Source of the DNA: Escherichia phage PSD2002
Sequence record: OK335775.1
DNA length: 64,000 bases
Strand: one strand, 5' to 3'
The position numbers and the translations under genes are program-made. How positions within the stretch are numbered: position 1 is the first letter of the stretch; the number at the start of each line of letters is the position of its first letter. Shown piece by piece: positions 1-8,020 of the stretch. The notes under the pieces are model-generated. The model was not told the DNA's origin, ran no database searches, and saw nothing but the letters and a program-made list of their open reading frames with translations.

Positions 1-26
1 CTGTACAATTCAACTTTAACATTACA

Positions 27-569
27 ATGGACCCTGAAGTTCCTCGTTATTACATCGATGAGTTTATTGATACCGACGTGTCTTCAGTTGAACGTTCGAT
101 TTATACTACAGTCCTGAACCAATGCCAGAAAGACGTCCTGGTGTCACGAGGTGCGTCCTCTGATAAGATTTTTGTAGACCAAAAGGTAATTAATCCTGCA
201 GTAATTGAGCGTTACTCTGAAGGTCTAGCGCCTATTAAAATTGATGGTATTTTCCATCCATTCCGTATTTCAGATAAATGCTACCAATTCGAAAGAGTTG
301 TAGACCAAGCTGCGGCTGAAGGTTCTCGTCTTTACATCACCGACCCGAATGATTCATTTAAGCGTGAAGACTATCGTCCTGATGTAGAGATTATTAAATT
401 CAAACCGAGTAAGGTTGAATATTATCAGATTCTGAAATCAAGACCTCATATCATTTATCATGAGAATCCTGGTTTAGTATTCCATCCTGGTCTAGCTGAA
501 TTCATTTATTTCGGTGCCCACATCCATTCTGAGCACGAAATGCCAAGTTATGAGGACGTGGTCCTTTAA
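27..569 (+). CDS. Hypothetical protein; may be the 3' part of a gene that starts upstream of the window
   Basis: ORF on early-gene strand directly upstream of uvsX; no in-frame stop between window start and the ATG at 27, so the true start may lie outside the window. In T-even phages this position holds a glucosyltransferase gene, but no similarity was recognised. Confidence 0.3.
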   Translation: MDPEVPRYYIDEFIDTDVSSVERSIYTTVLNQCQKDVLVSRGASSDKIFVDQKVINPAVIERYSEGLAPIKIDGIFHPFRISDKCYQFERVVDQAAAEGSRLYITDPNDSFKREDYRPDVEIIKFKPSKVEYYQILKSRPHIIYHENPGLVFHPGLAEFIYFGAHIHSEHEMPSYEDVVL

Positions 570-646
570 CGCTGTAAATGTGAAGTGATATAATTACCCT
601 ATCTTAAAACGTGAGTAAAATATAATGATGCCTATGGAAAAATATA

Positions 647-1819
647 ATGTCTGATTTAAAATCCCGTTTGATTAAAGCTTCTACTTCTAAAATGACTGCC
701 GACCTGACCAAATCTAAATTGTTTAATGGTCGTGACGAAGTTCCTACTCGTATCCCTATGCTGAATATTGCATTAGGCGGTGCGTTGAATGCAGGCTTAC
801 AATCAGGTTTGACAATCTTTGCTGCTCCATCTAAACACTTTAAAACGTTGTTTGGACTTACCATGGTCGCGGCATATATGAAGAAATATCCAGACGCAAT
901 TTGTTTGTTCTATGACTCTGAGTTCGGTGCTTCAGAATCTTATTTCCGTTCGATGGGTGTTGATTTGGAACGTGTGGTTCATACCCCAATCCAGTCAGTC
1001 GAACAGCTTAAAGTTGATATGACCAACCAGTTAGAAGAAATTACTCGTGGCGAAAAGGTTATTATCTTTATCGACTCCATTGGTAACACCGCTTCTAAGA
1101 AAGAAACCGAAGATGCTTTGAACGAGAAAGTTGTAGGTGATATGACCCGTGCCAAGTCACTGAAATCTCTGTTCCGTATCGTAACGCCTTATCTGACCAT
1201 TAAGGATATTCCTTGCGTAGCAATTAACCATACGGCTATGGAAATTGGTGGAATGTATCCTAAAGAGATTATGGGTGGTGGTACTGGTATTCTGTACTCT
1301 GCTTCTACCGTGTTCTTTATCTCTAAACGTCAGGTTAAAGATGGTACCGAGCTCACGGGTTATGACTTCACACTGAAGGCTGAGAAATCTCGTACGGTTA
1401 AAGAGAAATCAACGTTCCCTATCACCGTTAACTTCGAAGGTGGTATCGACCCATTCAGTGGATTGCTTGAAATGGCTACTGATATTGGCTTTGTCGTGAA
1501 ACCTAAAGCTGGCTGGTATAATCGTGCATTCCTTGACGAAACCACGGGTGAAATGGTTCAAGAAGAAAAAGCATGGCGTGCTAAAGCTACTGATTGTGTT
1601 GAGTTCTGGGGACCGCTGTTTAAACATGCTCCGTTCCGTGAAGCAATCGAGAATAAGTATAAGCTTGGTGCAATTAATTCTATTAAAGAAGTTGACGATG
1701 CAGTGAACGACCTTATTAACTCTCGTGTCTCCAAGAACGTTGCTGTTAAATTAGGCGGAAATACCCAAAGCGCCGCTGATATCGAAAACGATTTAGAAGA
1801 GATGGATTTAGATGACTGA
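647..1819 (+). CDS. uvsX: UvsX RecA-like recombinase
   Basis: 390 aa; N-terminus MSDLKSRLIKASTSK and the RecA-type ATPase core closely match T4 UvsX as recalled; followed by genes 40 and 41 as in T4. Confidence 0.95.
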   Translation: MSDLKSRLIKASTSKMTADLTKSKLFNGRDEVPTRIPMLNIALGGALNAGLQSGLTIFAAPSKHFKTLFGLTMVAAYMKKYPDAICLFYDSEFGASESYFRSMGVDLERVVHTPIQSVEQLKVDMTNQLEEITRGEKVIIFIDSIGNTASKKETEDALNEKVVGDMTRAKSLKSLFRIVTPYLTIKDIPCVAINHTAMEIGGMYPKEIMGGGTGILYSASTVFFISKRQVKDGTELTGYDFTLKAEKSRTVKEKSTFPITVNFEGGIDPFSGLLEMATDIGFVVKPKAGWYNRAFLDETTGEMVQEEKAWRAKATDCVEFWGPLFKHAPFREAIENKYKLGAINSIKEVDDAVNDLINSRVSKNVAVKLGGNTQSAADIENDLEEMDLDD

Positions 1820-2141
1820 TTTATCTGATTTAGATAATTTTGTTAAAGATGCTGAAGAGGGCCCTAGTGACCCTCGTTATTATGAGAAATCATTAGATAT
1901 AATCCGTAAGTCAATGGGTTCTGTTAAGCAGGAAATTATGCTTACTTTACCCGATGGCACTGCTCACATCGTTTATGTGATGAATATTGTTATTGAGAAA
2001 GATGGAAAAGTGTCGGTTGATTTCGGAACACCTTCCGAAGACCGAAAAGAAGAGCTAGCGCTTCATGTAGAAAAATGTGTTACAATGCAAATACAAGAAG
2101 AACTGGATAAAATTAAATCTAAGAGGTGGTGGAAGTGGTAG
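1812..2141 (+). CDS. 40: Gene 40 head vertex assembly protein
   Basis: 109-aa ORF between uvsX and gene 41, overlapping both; assigned by position and size (T4 gp40 is of similar size). Confidence 0.65.
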   Translation: MTDLSDLDNFVKDAEEGPSDPRYYEKSLDIIRKSMGSVKQEIMLTLPDGTAHIVYVMNIVIEKDGKVSVDFGTPSEDRKEELALHVEKCVTMQIQEELDKIKSKRWWKW

Positions 2142-3565
2142 AAACTATTTTGGCTCAACTGCTAGGCAATAGTGATTATTTCACTAAGGTCTGGCCTTAT
2201 ATGAATGATTCTTATTTTGACCAGGGTCCTGCAAAGACCCTTTTCAAAGAAATTAAAAAACACGTCAATGAATATAATGCAGTGCCTTCTAAGAATGCAT
2301 TAAGCATTGCATTAGATAACAGTACGCTTTCAGAAGTTGAACATCAAGGCGCTAAAGAGCTTTTAAGTTCGCTGAACGCCGGGCCTGAAGACCAAGAATG
2401 GTTGGTTAAAGAGACGGAGAAATACGTTCAGAAAGCAGCGATGTATAATGCAACTTCAAAAATCATTGAAATCCAAACTAATGCCGACCTTCCGGTTGAG
2501 CAACAAAATAGAAAACTTCCAGGTATTGGTGCTATTCCAGATATCATGCGTGATGCATTATCGATTTGTTTCGATTCTGAATTAGGTCATGACTGGATGG
2601 ATGACTATGAAGAACGATTCAAAAGTTATTCCGATAAAGCACGTAAGGTTCCGTTCCGTCTTAATATTCTGAATAAGATTACTAAAGGTGGTGCCGAGTT
2701 TGGTACTGAAAACGTATTGTTGGCAGGAACAAACGTAGGTAAGTCTCTCGGTCTTTGTTCATTGGCTGCTGATTATCTTCAATCTGGTTACGATGTTCTT
2801 TATATCTCCATGGAGATGGCAGAGGAAGTATGTGCTAAGCGTATCGATGCCAACCTTCTGGATGTATCACTGGATGATATCGATGATGGCCACGTCTCGT
2901 GGCCTGAATATAAAGCTAAGATGGATAAATGGCGTTCAACTGCTACTTTAGGTCGTTTAAAGATTAAACAGTATCCTACTGGCGGTGCTAATGCCGATAC
3001 ATTCCGTGCATTATTAAACGAATACAAGCTCAAACAAAACTTTGTCCCACAGGTCGTTATCGTTGACTACTTGGCTATCTGTGCATCGTCTCGTACGAAA
3101 GTTTTCTCTGAAAACAGTTACGGATTGATTAAGATGGTTGCTGAAGAACTACGTGGACTTGCAGTAGAGAAGAAATTACTGTTGTGGACTGCAGCCCAGA
3201 CTACTCGTGGTGCGAACGTTGCAGCCGAAATCGATATGGCCGATATTGCTGAATCCTTTGGTATTGCACATACTGCAGACTTCATGTTGGGTGTGGTCGA
3301 GACAGAAGAGTTCGCTCAGATGGGTATGCAGATGGTTAAGCAGCTTAAATCTCGTTATGGCGATAAGAGCTACTACAACAAATTTAAGATTGGCGTTAAG
3401 AAAGGAAATCAACGTTGGTACGAAGTTGAAGATGATTCCAACCCAGGCCCAGTGAACACTGTTCGTGAGGCTACAGGTGAGATGAATCGCCAGGCCGAGG
3501 TCAATCGACAGACGCGTGTTAATAGAAGTGATTTGGACGATTTAGCAGCATCTATCAAATTTTAA
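2126..3565 (+). CDS. 41: Gp41 replicative DNA helicase (DnaB-like)
   Basis: 479 aa; Walker A GTNVGKS, DnaB-family architecture, N-terminal similarity to T4 gp41; position after 40. Confidence 0.95.
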   Translation: MVEVVETILAQLLGNSDYFTKVWPYMNDSYFDQGPAKTLFKEIKKHVNEYNAVPSKNALSIALDNSTLSEVEHQGAKELLSSLNAGPEDQEWLVKETEKYVQKAAMYNATSKIIEIQTNADLPVEQQNRKLPGIGAIPDIMRDALSICFDSELGHDWMDDYEERFKSYSDKARKVPFRLNILNKITKGGAEFGTENVLLAGTNVGKSLGLCSLAADYLQSGYDVLYISMEMAEEVCAKRIDANLLDVSLDDIDDGHVSWPEYKAKMDKWRSTATLGRLKIKQYPTGGANADTFRALLNEYKLKQNFVPQVVIVDYLAICASSRTKVFSENSYGLIKMVAEELRGLAVEKKLLLWTAAQTTRGANVAAEIDMADIAESFGIAHTADFMLGVVETEEFAQMGMQMVKQLKSRYGDKSYYNKFKIGVKKGNQRWYEVEDDSNPGPVNTVREATGEMNRQAEVNRQTRVNRSDLDDLAASIKF

Positions 3566-3591
3566 GGAGCTTCGGCTCCTTTTTTGTTTTT
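3566..3591 (+). terminator. Rho-independent terminator after gene 41
   Basis: GGAGC-TTCG-GCTCC hairpin followed by TTTTTTGTTTTT; immediately followed by an early promoter. Confidence 0.7.
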
Positions 3592-3595
3592 AAGG

Positions 3596-3624
3596 GTTTA
3601 CATCTCCTGTAGGCGTGATACTAT
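3596..3624 (+). promoter_or_regulatory. T-even early promoter (GTTTAC-N17-TACTAT)
   Basis: Match to the T4 early promoter consensus with sigma70-like spacing. Confidence 0.6.
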
Positions 3625-3648
3625 AGACCTATCAACTTGGAGAACAAA

Positions 3649-3966
3649 ATGAAAACCATCGACTGTAAAGCAGAATATAAAGTGTATTACCATGGAAGTT
3701 GTAGTGTCGCTAATATCGGTAATATGCTTTGTCCTCCTGAGGAAACAGGAGTTCTGTCTGAAACCGGTCGTAAGAAAAACCTAAATCGTGTGTTCTTTAC
3801 TGAAGATATCGGTTTGGCTAAGATTTATGCCGGACGTGCAGCTCGTTCAGTGGGAGGAGAACCCCGTCTTTATCGTGTAATTGCTCCGGTGGATGTGGTT
3901 TGTTTAAATGATACTAAAGGCGCTACGGTTTATCATGCTGAATGGGCCTTCTGCGAGGAAATCTAA
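3649..3966 (+). CDS. Hypothetical protein, possible minimal ART-like fold
   Basis: ATG at 3649 preceded by GGAGAA; ORF track start at 3637 is a TTG inside the 5' UTR. Contains YYHGS ... KIYAG ... EWAFCEE. Own early promoter upstream. Confidence 0.5.
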   Translation: MKTIDCKAEYKVYYHGSCSVANIGNMLCPPEETGVLSETGRKKNLNRVFFTEDIGLAKIYAGRAARSVGGEPRLYRVIAPVDVVCLNDTKGATVYHAEWAFCEEI

Positions 3967-4161
3967 ATGTCTGAATCAATTAAAGTAAAATTTGTCGGCC
4001 ATTTCGCCAACGGTGATACCGCTACCAAAGAAGCTTCAGTGCGTGAAAACGATATCGTGTGGGTGACTACCCAATTCGCTGAAGTAAATAATATTTTGGT
4101 TAAGGCGTATGTCGACGACGTAGAAGTTTATGAACATGATGCCCGTATTGAGGAAATCTAA
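3967..4161 (+). CDS. dmd: Candidate Dmd (discriminator of mRNA degradation; antitoxin against RnlA/LsoA)
   Basis: 64-aa ORF in the 41-61 interval where T4 encodes dmd; pattern VKVKFVGHF...WVTTQFAEVNNILVKAY resembles the remembered T4 Dmd sequence. Not verifiable without alignment. Confidence 0.4.
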   Translation: MSESIKVKFVGHFANGDTATKEASVRENDIVWVTTQFAEVNNILVKAYVDDVEVYEHDARIEEI

Positions 4162-4302
4162 ATGGAAGAATTTGAATGTGTAGTATGTGGTTGTTCGGTC
4201 TGTGAAGACCAGGCAGTATTTGATGCTTGGGACAACGCAACCTGTTTAGACTGTGACAGCGAATTCGAAGAAATTGCTCATAAACATGAAGGCGAGGAAT
4301 AA
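4162..4302 (+). CDS. Small Cys-rich (zinc-ribbon-like) protein
   Basis: 46-aa ORF with SD GAGGAA, fills the gap between neighbours; CVVCGC...C...CLDC cysteine pattern. Confidence 0.35.
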   Translation: MEEFECVVCGCSVCEDQAVFDAWDNATCLDCDSEFEEIAHKHEGEE

Positions 4303-4542
4303 ATGAATATCGTACTAATGAAACCAACTCCTAGCTCTTTTTGGAATAAATCTTTCGGTAAGCATAATATGTTTATCCAACGTACCGTAAACAACTGGGA
4401 ACTAGTTCTTTCAGTGGGCCACAACGATTATGAACAAGAATACGTAGAGTTCTTCGAATTTCCTGTGAAGCCCACTAAGCGTCAGATTCGTCAGACAAAA
4501 CGTAAATTCCGTAAAATTTCTTTGGAAGATTCATTAAAATAA
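4303..4542 (+). CDS. Hypothetical small protein with basic C-terminal tail
   Basis: 79 aa; SD GGCGAGGAA upstream; C-terminal PTKRQIRQTKRKFRK motif shared with ORF 5330..5551. Confidence 0.45.
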   Translation: MNIVLMKPTPSSFWNKSFGKHNMFIQRTVNNWELVLSVGHNDYEQEYVEFFEFPVKPTKRQIRQTKRKFRKISLEDSLK

Positions 4543-4543
4543 A

Positions 4544-4573
4544 GTTTACAACGGTCTATGGTAGTGATACTAT
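4544..4573 (+). promoter_or_regulatory. Early promoter upstream of spackle-like gene
   Basis: GTTTAC -35 and TACTAT -10. Confidence 0.55.
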
Positions 4574-4601
4574 GGACCTATCAACTAACGAGGAGATTGA
4601 A

Positions 4602-4895
4602 ATGAAAAAGTTATTAATCGCAGCAATTCTTACCGTAGCATCATGTGGCACAGCTCCGGTAACTGCCGGATTGGATAAAGACCTTTGTGAATGGTCTATG
4701 ACTGCAGACCAAGAATCAGTCGAACATCAGATTTATGCTGATATCATGAACATCACTAAACGTGACCGCCCTGATATGGTTAAAGAAGTGTCAGACCAAT
4801 TGGCTTCAGGTGGTGTTATGCAATATAACTATGTTTTGTATTGTGATGCCAATTTCGATAACAAAAATATCGTTAAAGAGGTGACAGGTGAATAA
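4602..4895 (+). CDS. sp: Spackle-like periplasmic protein (superinfection exclusion; inhibitor of gp5 lysozyme)
   Basis: 97 aa from ATG 4602 (SD AGGAG at 4591); N-terminal signal peptide MKKLLIAAILTVASCG; conserved DKDLCEWSMTADQ and GGVMQYNYVLYCD resemble T4 Sp as recalled; located in the 61.x cluster. Confidence 0.6.
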   Translation: MKKLLIAAILTVASCGTAPVTAGLDKDLCEWSMTADQESVEHQIYADIMNITKRDRPDMVKEVSDQLASGGVMQYNYVLYCDANFDNKNIVKEVTGE

Positions 4896-5328
4896 GATTA
4901 ACAGAAATTTAGTTATCAAAAAACTTTGTTGTAAAAATCCAAATGCACAAGCATACAGGATGTTTTGGAGCGACGACCACCAATACCTAGGTTATTTTCT
5001 TGTTGATAGCGATGATCGAATTACAATGGCTCATAAACTTCTTAACAGAGAATTAAACCATTGGCAAGAACTTATTGCGGTGAGGTCTAAATTATTTTCT
5101 CGCAATACAATGCACCAATTGGTTTATTTTTTCGCCGAAGGTATTCCTGACAAGGTTGAGTTTGATGGATTCGAATTTAAAGACATCCTCCCAGACAACG
5201 AATTGAACGACCGCGTTAATATGGACATCCCTAGCAAGTATATCAAAAACAGTCTGTTGAAAATTCTGGAAGCTCCGGTTTATTCAATAGATGACCAGAT
5301 TTTTAATGCCTTTATGAATCGAGGTTAA
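4888..5328 (+). CDS. Hypothetical protein
   Basis: 146-aa ORF beginning at GTG 4888 (start uncertain), SD AAGAGG upstream; no similarity recognised. Confidence 0.45.
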   Translation: MNKINRNLVIKKLCCKNPNAQAYRMFWSDDHQYLGYFLVDSDDRITMAHKLLNRELNHWQELIAVRSKLFSRNTMHQLVYFFAEGIPDKVEFDGFEFKDILPDNELNDRVNMDIPSKYIKNSLLKILEAPVYSIDDQIFNAFMNRG

Positions 5329-5329
5329 T

Positions 5330-5551
5330 ATGTTTGTCTTAACTCAATTCTCTAAAGCGGTGTATAGTTACTCTTGTCAGTGGGAAGTCTTTATCGATTC
5401 TCCTTCACCTAAGTACGGTGTTTTTGGTCGAGTAACTACTCAAGCTTATGTTGCACGGCCAACTAAGCGCCAGCTTCGTAAACTTAAAAAGGCCCATCGC
5501 CAACTGATTGAGAGAAGGGAACAATATGAGTGCAATGTGTACGGGCTCTAA
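5330..5551 (+). CDS. Hypothetical small protein with basic C-terminal tail
   Basis: 73 aa; PTKRQLRKLKK motif paralogous to the tail of ORF 4303..4542. Confidence 0.45.
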   Translation: MFVLTQFSKAVYSYSCQWEVFIDSPSPKYGVFGRVTTQAYVARPTKRQLRKLKKAHRQLIERREQYECNVYGL

Positions 5552-5717
5552 GATTTCTGTATTCGAATTATTCGAAGAGTATGAAATCGTATCAAAGGAC
5601 CAAGAAGCTATCCATATTATTGCCGGTGATGGTGTGACTTGGATTATCCCACTGTATCATGAAGATACCTATGAAGTCACTGATGCGAATGGTGATAAAG
5701 CTATTTTCGTAATATAA
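5526..5717 (+). CDS. Hypothetical small protein
   Basis: ATG at 5526 after GAAGGG; ORF track begins at TTG 5508. Overlaps the end of the preceding ORF. Confidence 0.35.
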   Translation: MSAMCTGSKISVFELFEEYEIVSKDQEAIHIIAGDGVTWIIPLYHEDTYEVTDANGDKAIFVI

Positions 5718-5720
5718 ATA
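5713..5720 (+). promoter_or_regulatory. Late promoter motif TATAAATA
   Basis: Exact TATAAATA upstream of the small ORF at 5735. Confidence 0.4.
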
Positions 5721-5734
5721 AGGCCAGGAGCCTA

Positions 5735-5895
5735 TGAAATCTTTTAAAGAAGTTATGAACGAAGATATGGTCGCAGGCGATGCAGGTGGTAACCCATCTA
5801 ATATTGCCTCCGGAACTACCTCAGGCGCAGTCGTCAATAAAGGGCCTGAACAAATCCCATCTAAAAAGCGTAAAGAAAAATCCGAAAACGAATGA
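5735..5895 (+). CDS. Hypothetical small protein, possibly late-expressed
   Basis: 53-aa ORF below the ORF-track cutoff; SD AGGAG at 5725 and TATAAATA at 5713-5720 directly upstream. Confidence 0.35.
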
Positions 5896-5933
5896 TATAA
5901 TGGCTCTATTAATTTAGAGCCCAAGGAAAAATA

Positions 5934-6962
5934 ATGTCATATGTCGATAGAGAATTTGCTGTACGTGCCTTGAATTACCAACCTAAATTCAGACAAGTAA
6001 CTGGTAGTGATTTTAAATTAAACTGTCGTTGTCGTGTATGTGGCGACTCCCAAAAAGATGAGAACAAAGCTCGTTTTTGGGCCTATCCGGCTAATGATGG
6101 CTCCGTAATGCTGCACTGTTTTAACTGCGACTATTCAGCAGGAATTAAGAAGTATCTATACGAATATGAGCCGGATTTATATCGAGAATATATTCTTGAG
6201 AAACATAAAGAGCAATCGTTCGGGAGACAAGCTGCACCTAAGGTGGAGATATCTGAAAAAATTAAAGCTAAGATGCCTGTCATCGAAAAGCTTAATTTCT
6301 GTGAACGATTAGATAGAATGCCGAAGGACCATCCTATTATCAAATATGTAACACTACGTTGCATTCCTGAAAACAAATGGAATCGCTTATGGTTTACTAA
6401 AGAATGGCCGGCATTGGTGAACTCTGTCAATCCAGGGACCTATTCTAAAGAAATGCCTGAGCCTCGTTTGGTTATTCCAATTTTCAATAAGAATAAACAA
6501 ATTGAAAGTTTTCAGGGTCGAGCCTTACGTAAAGATGCTCCACAAAAGTATATTACAATAAAAGCTCATGACCAAGCTACAAAAATATATGGAATGGATA
6601 CAGTTGACGAACGTCAGTTGGTGTGGGTAATGGAAGGTCCTATTGATTCATTATTCGTACCTAATGCAATAGCAATTACTGGCGGGTCGTTGGACTTGGC
6701 TATGGTTCCGTGCAAAGAAACTAGGGTTTGGGCCCTTGATAGCGAAAGCCGCCACCCAGATACTATTTCAAGAATGAAAAAGCTTATCGAGGCTGGTGAA
6801 AAAGTAGTGTTTTGGGATAAGGTCCCTTGGCCTTCTAAAGATATTAACGATATGATTAGAAAAGACGGGGCGTCGCCGGAAGCAATACTAGAATATATGA
6901 AAAGTAATTACAGTCAAGGATTAATGGCTAAATTGAGATTACAACGGTATGCTAAAATATGA
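5934..6962 (+). CDS. 61: Gp61 DNA primase
   Basis: 342 aa; N-terminal zinc-binding CRCRVCGD...CFNC and Toprim-like core; matches T4 gp61 in size and sequence as recalled. Confidence 0.95.
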   Translation: MSYVDREFAVRALNYQPKFRQVTGSDFKLNCRCRVCGDSQKDENKARFWAYPANDGSVMLHCFNCDYSAGIKKYLYEYEPDLYREYILEKHKEQSFGRQAAPKVEISEKIKAKMPVIEKLNFCERLDRMPKDHPIIKYVTLRCIPENKWNRLWFTKEWPALVNSVNPGTYSKEMPEPRLVIPIFNKNKQIESFQGRALRKDAPQKYITIKAHDQATKIYGMDTVDERQLVWVMEGPIDSLFVPNAIAITGGSLDLAMVPCKETRVWALDSESRHPDTISRMKKLIEAGEKVVFWDKVPWPSKDINDMIRKDGASPEAILEYMKSNYSQGLMAKLRLQRYAKI

Positions 6963-7714
6963 ATTATAATAAAATTTATGACGATTTGGTTAATAGGGCC
7001 CTTGAAAGGGGTCTTATTAAAGAAAATTTAAAATACTATACAGAATCTCATCATATTATACCTGAATGTATAGGTGGGCCTGATATAGATTCAAACAAAG
7101 TATTATTTACGGCAAGAGAGCATTTTATAGCTCACATATTATTGTATAAGATTTATAAGTTGCCTAAATTAATATATGCTGTGCATATGATGTGCAATTC
7201 TAGCGAAAAGCACCAAAGAAATTCTAAGATGTATGACTGGCTTAGAAAGGAGCATAAAGCAGCCTTAAGTAAGAAAATGACCGATGCTTGGAAAGCCCCT
7301 GAATTTAGGACCAAAATGGTGGCGGCCTTATACCAAAGGCACAAAGATAAGCCCGTCACAGAGGAGACTAGGGAAAAACAGTCTAATTCTCTAAAGAGGT
7401 ATTATAAAGAAAATCCTATCTCTGAAGAAGCAAAAAAGAAAAATTCAGAAGCCCAAAAACAAAGGTTTAAAGATAGGCCTCAAACAGAAGAAACAAAAAG
7501 ATTAAGGAAGGACTCATGCAGAAAAACCCAAGGCACCCCTATATGGTTATGTAATTCGAATGGGGTAGGAATAGAAAAGTTTTCTTCTGCGGCAGAAGCT
7601 AAAGAAATCTTAGGATTGTCCGGGCACACCCAAAATATATACACCGCTTGTAAGCGAAACAAAGAAACCGGGAGATTGTATAAATCCTCCGGTTTAATTT
7701 GGAAATATCAATAA
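6959..7714 (+). CDS. HNH-family homing endonuclease (Mob/I-Hmu-like)
   Basis: 251 aa; HNH core HHIIPECIGGPD...N...EHFIAH followed by a Lys/Glu-rich repeat region and a C-terminal DNA-binding-like module; start overlaps the gene 61 stop (ATGA); markedly AT-rich codon usage compared with flanking genes. Confidence 0.8.
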   Translation: MNYNKIYDDLVNRALERGLIKENLKYYTESHHIIPECIGGPDIDSNKVLFTAREHFIAHILLYKIYKLPKLIYAVHMMCNSSEKHQRNSKMYDWLRKEHKAALSKKMTDAWKAPEFRTKMVAALYQRHKDKPVTEETREKQSNSLKRYYKENPISEEAKKKNSEAQKQRFKDRPQTEETKRLRKDSCRKTQGTPIWLCNSNGVGIEKFSSAAEAKEILGLSGHTQNIYTACKRNKETGRLYKSSGLIWKYQ

Positions 7715-7720
7715 TGGCAT

Positions 7721-7921
7721 TTAAACCTGCATACCTGTAAAGAATCCAATGATGCTCAACACGTGTTCCATAGTAACCGCAGGGAGAGTAATACCCTGAC
7801 TAGCCGCAACAGGTACAACTAAAAGATTCCATAGGAACACATCTAAAGCAAGGAAGCCCATCATGAGCTTTTTATCTTTCTTGCTGGTTAATTTCCAAAT
7901 TTGGTAAAATATACTACCCAT
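7721..7921 (-). CDS. Small hydrophobic (membrane) protein, antisense to the early-gene block
   Basis: 66 aa on - strand, strong SD (AGGAGG 5 nt before ATG), TATAAATA late-promoter motif on - strand at 7943-7950; fills a 206-bp gap not covered by any + strand ORF. Confidence 0.45.
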   Translation of the reverse strand: MGSIFYQIWKLTSKKDKKLMMGFLALDVFLWNLLVVPVAASQGITLPAVTMEHVLSIIGFFTGMQV

Positions 7922-7942
7922 GTTATCCTCCTGTTAAATTAA

Positions 7943-7950
7943 TATTTATA
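7943..7950 (-). promoter_or_regulatory. Late promoter motif TATAAATA for antisense small ORF
   Basis: TATTTATA on + strand, i.e. TATAAATA on - strand, about 22 nt upstream of the - strand ATG at 7921. Confidence 0.45.
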
Positions 7951-7953
7951 TCT

Positions 7954-7977
7954 TGCTTTACAAATTAATGATATAAT
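7954..7977 (+). promoter_or_regulatory. Middle promoter (MotA box TGCTTTA + TATAAT) for gene 56
   Basis: TGCTTTA at 7954-7960, 11 bp spacer, TATAAT at 7972-7977. Confidence 0.55.
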
Positions 7978-8020
7978 TATCTAACTTATTACCTAATATG
8001 AATTGAAAAGGAAAAATATA

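Larger units (their letters stand above)
6955..7930. mobile_element. Putative free-standing homing-endonuclease insertion between gene 61 and gene 56
   Basis: AT-rich interval containing the HNH endonuclease ORF and an antisense small ORF, inserted between conserved core genes. Confidence 0.5.

Noticed and set aside
586-646. MotA-box middle promoter upstream of uvsX
   Set aside because: Several -10-like elements (GTGATATAAT, TATAAT) are present, but no convincing TGCTT MotA box at the right spacing was found; left unannotated.
5592-5924. 110-aa - strand ORF upstream of gene 61
   Set aside because: No SD upstream of its start; it runs antisense to two + strand ORFs that have RBSs and, for one, a late promoter. 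All neighbours are on the + strand.
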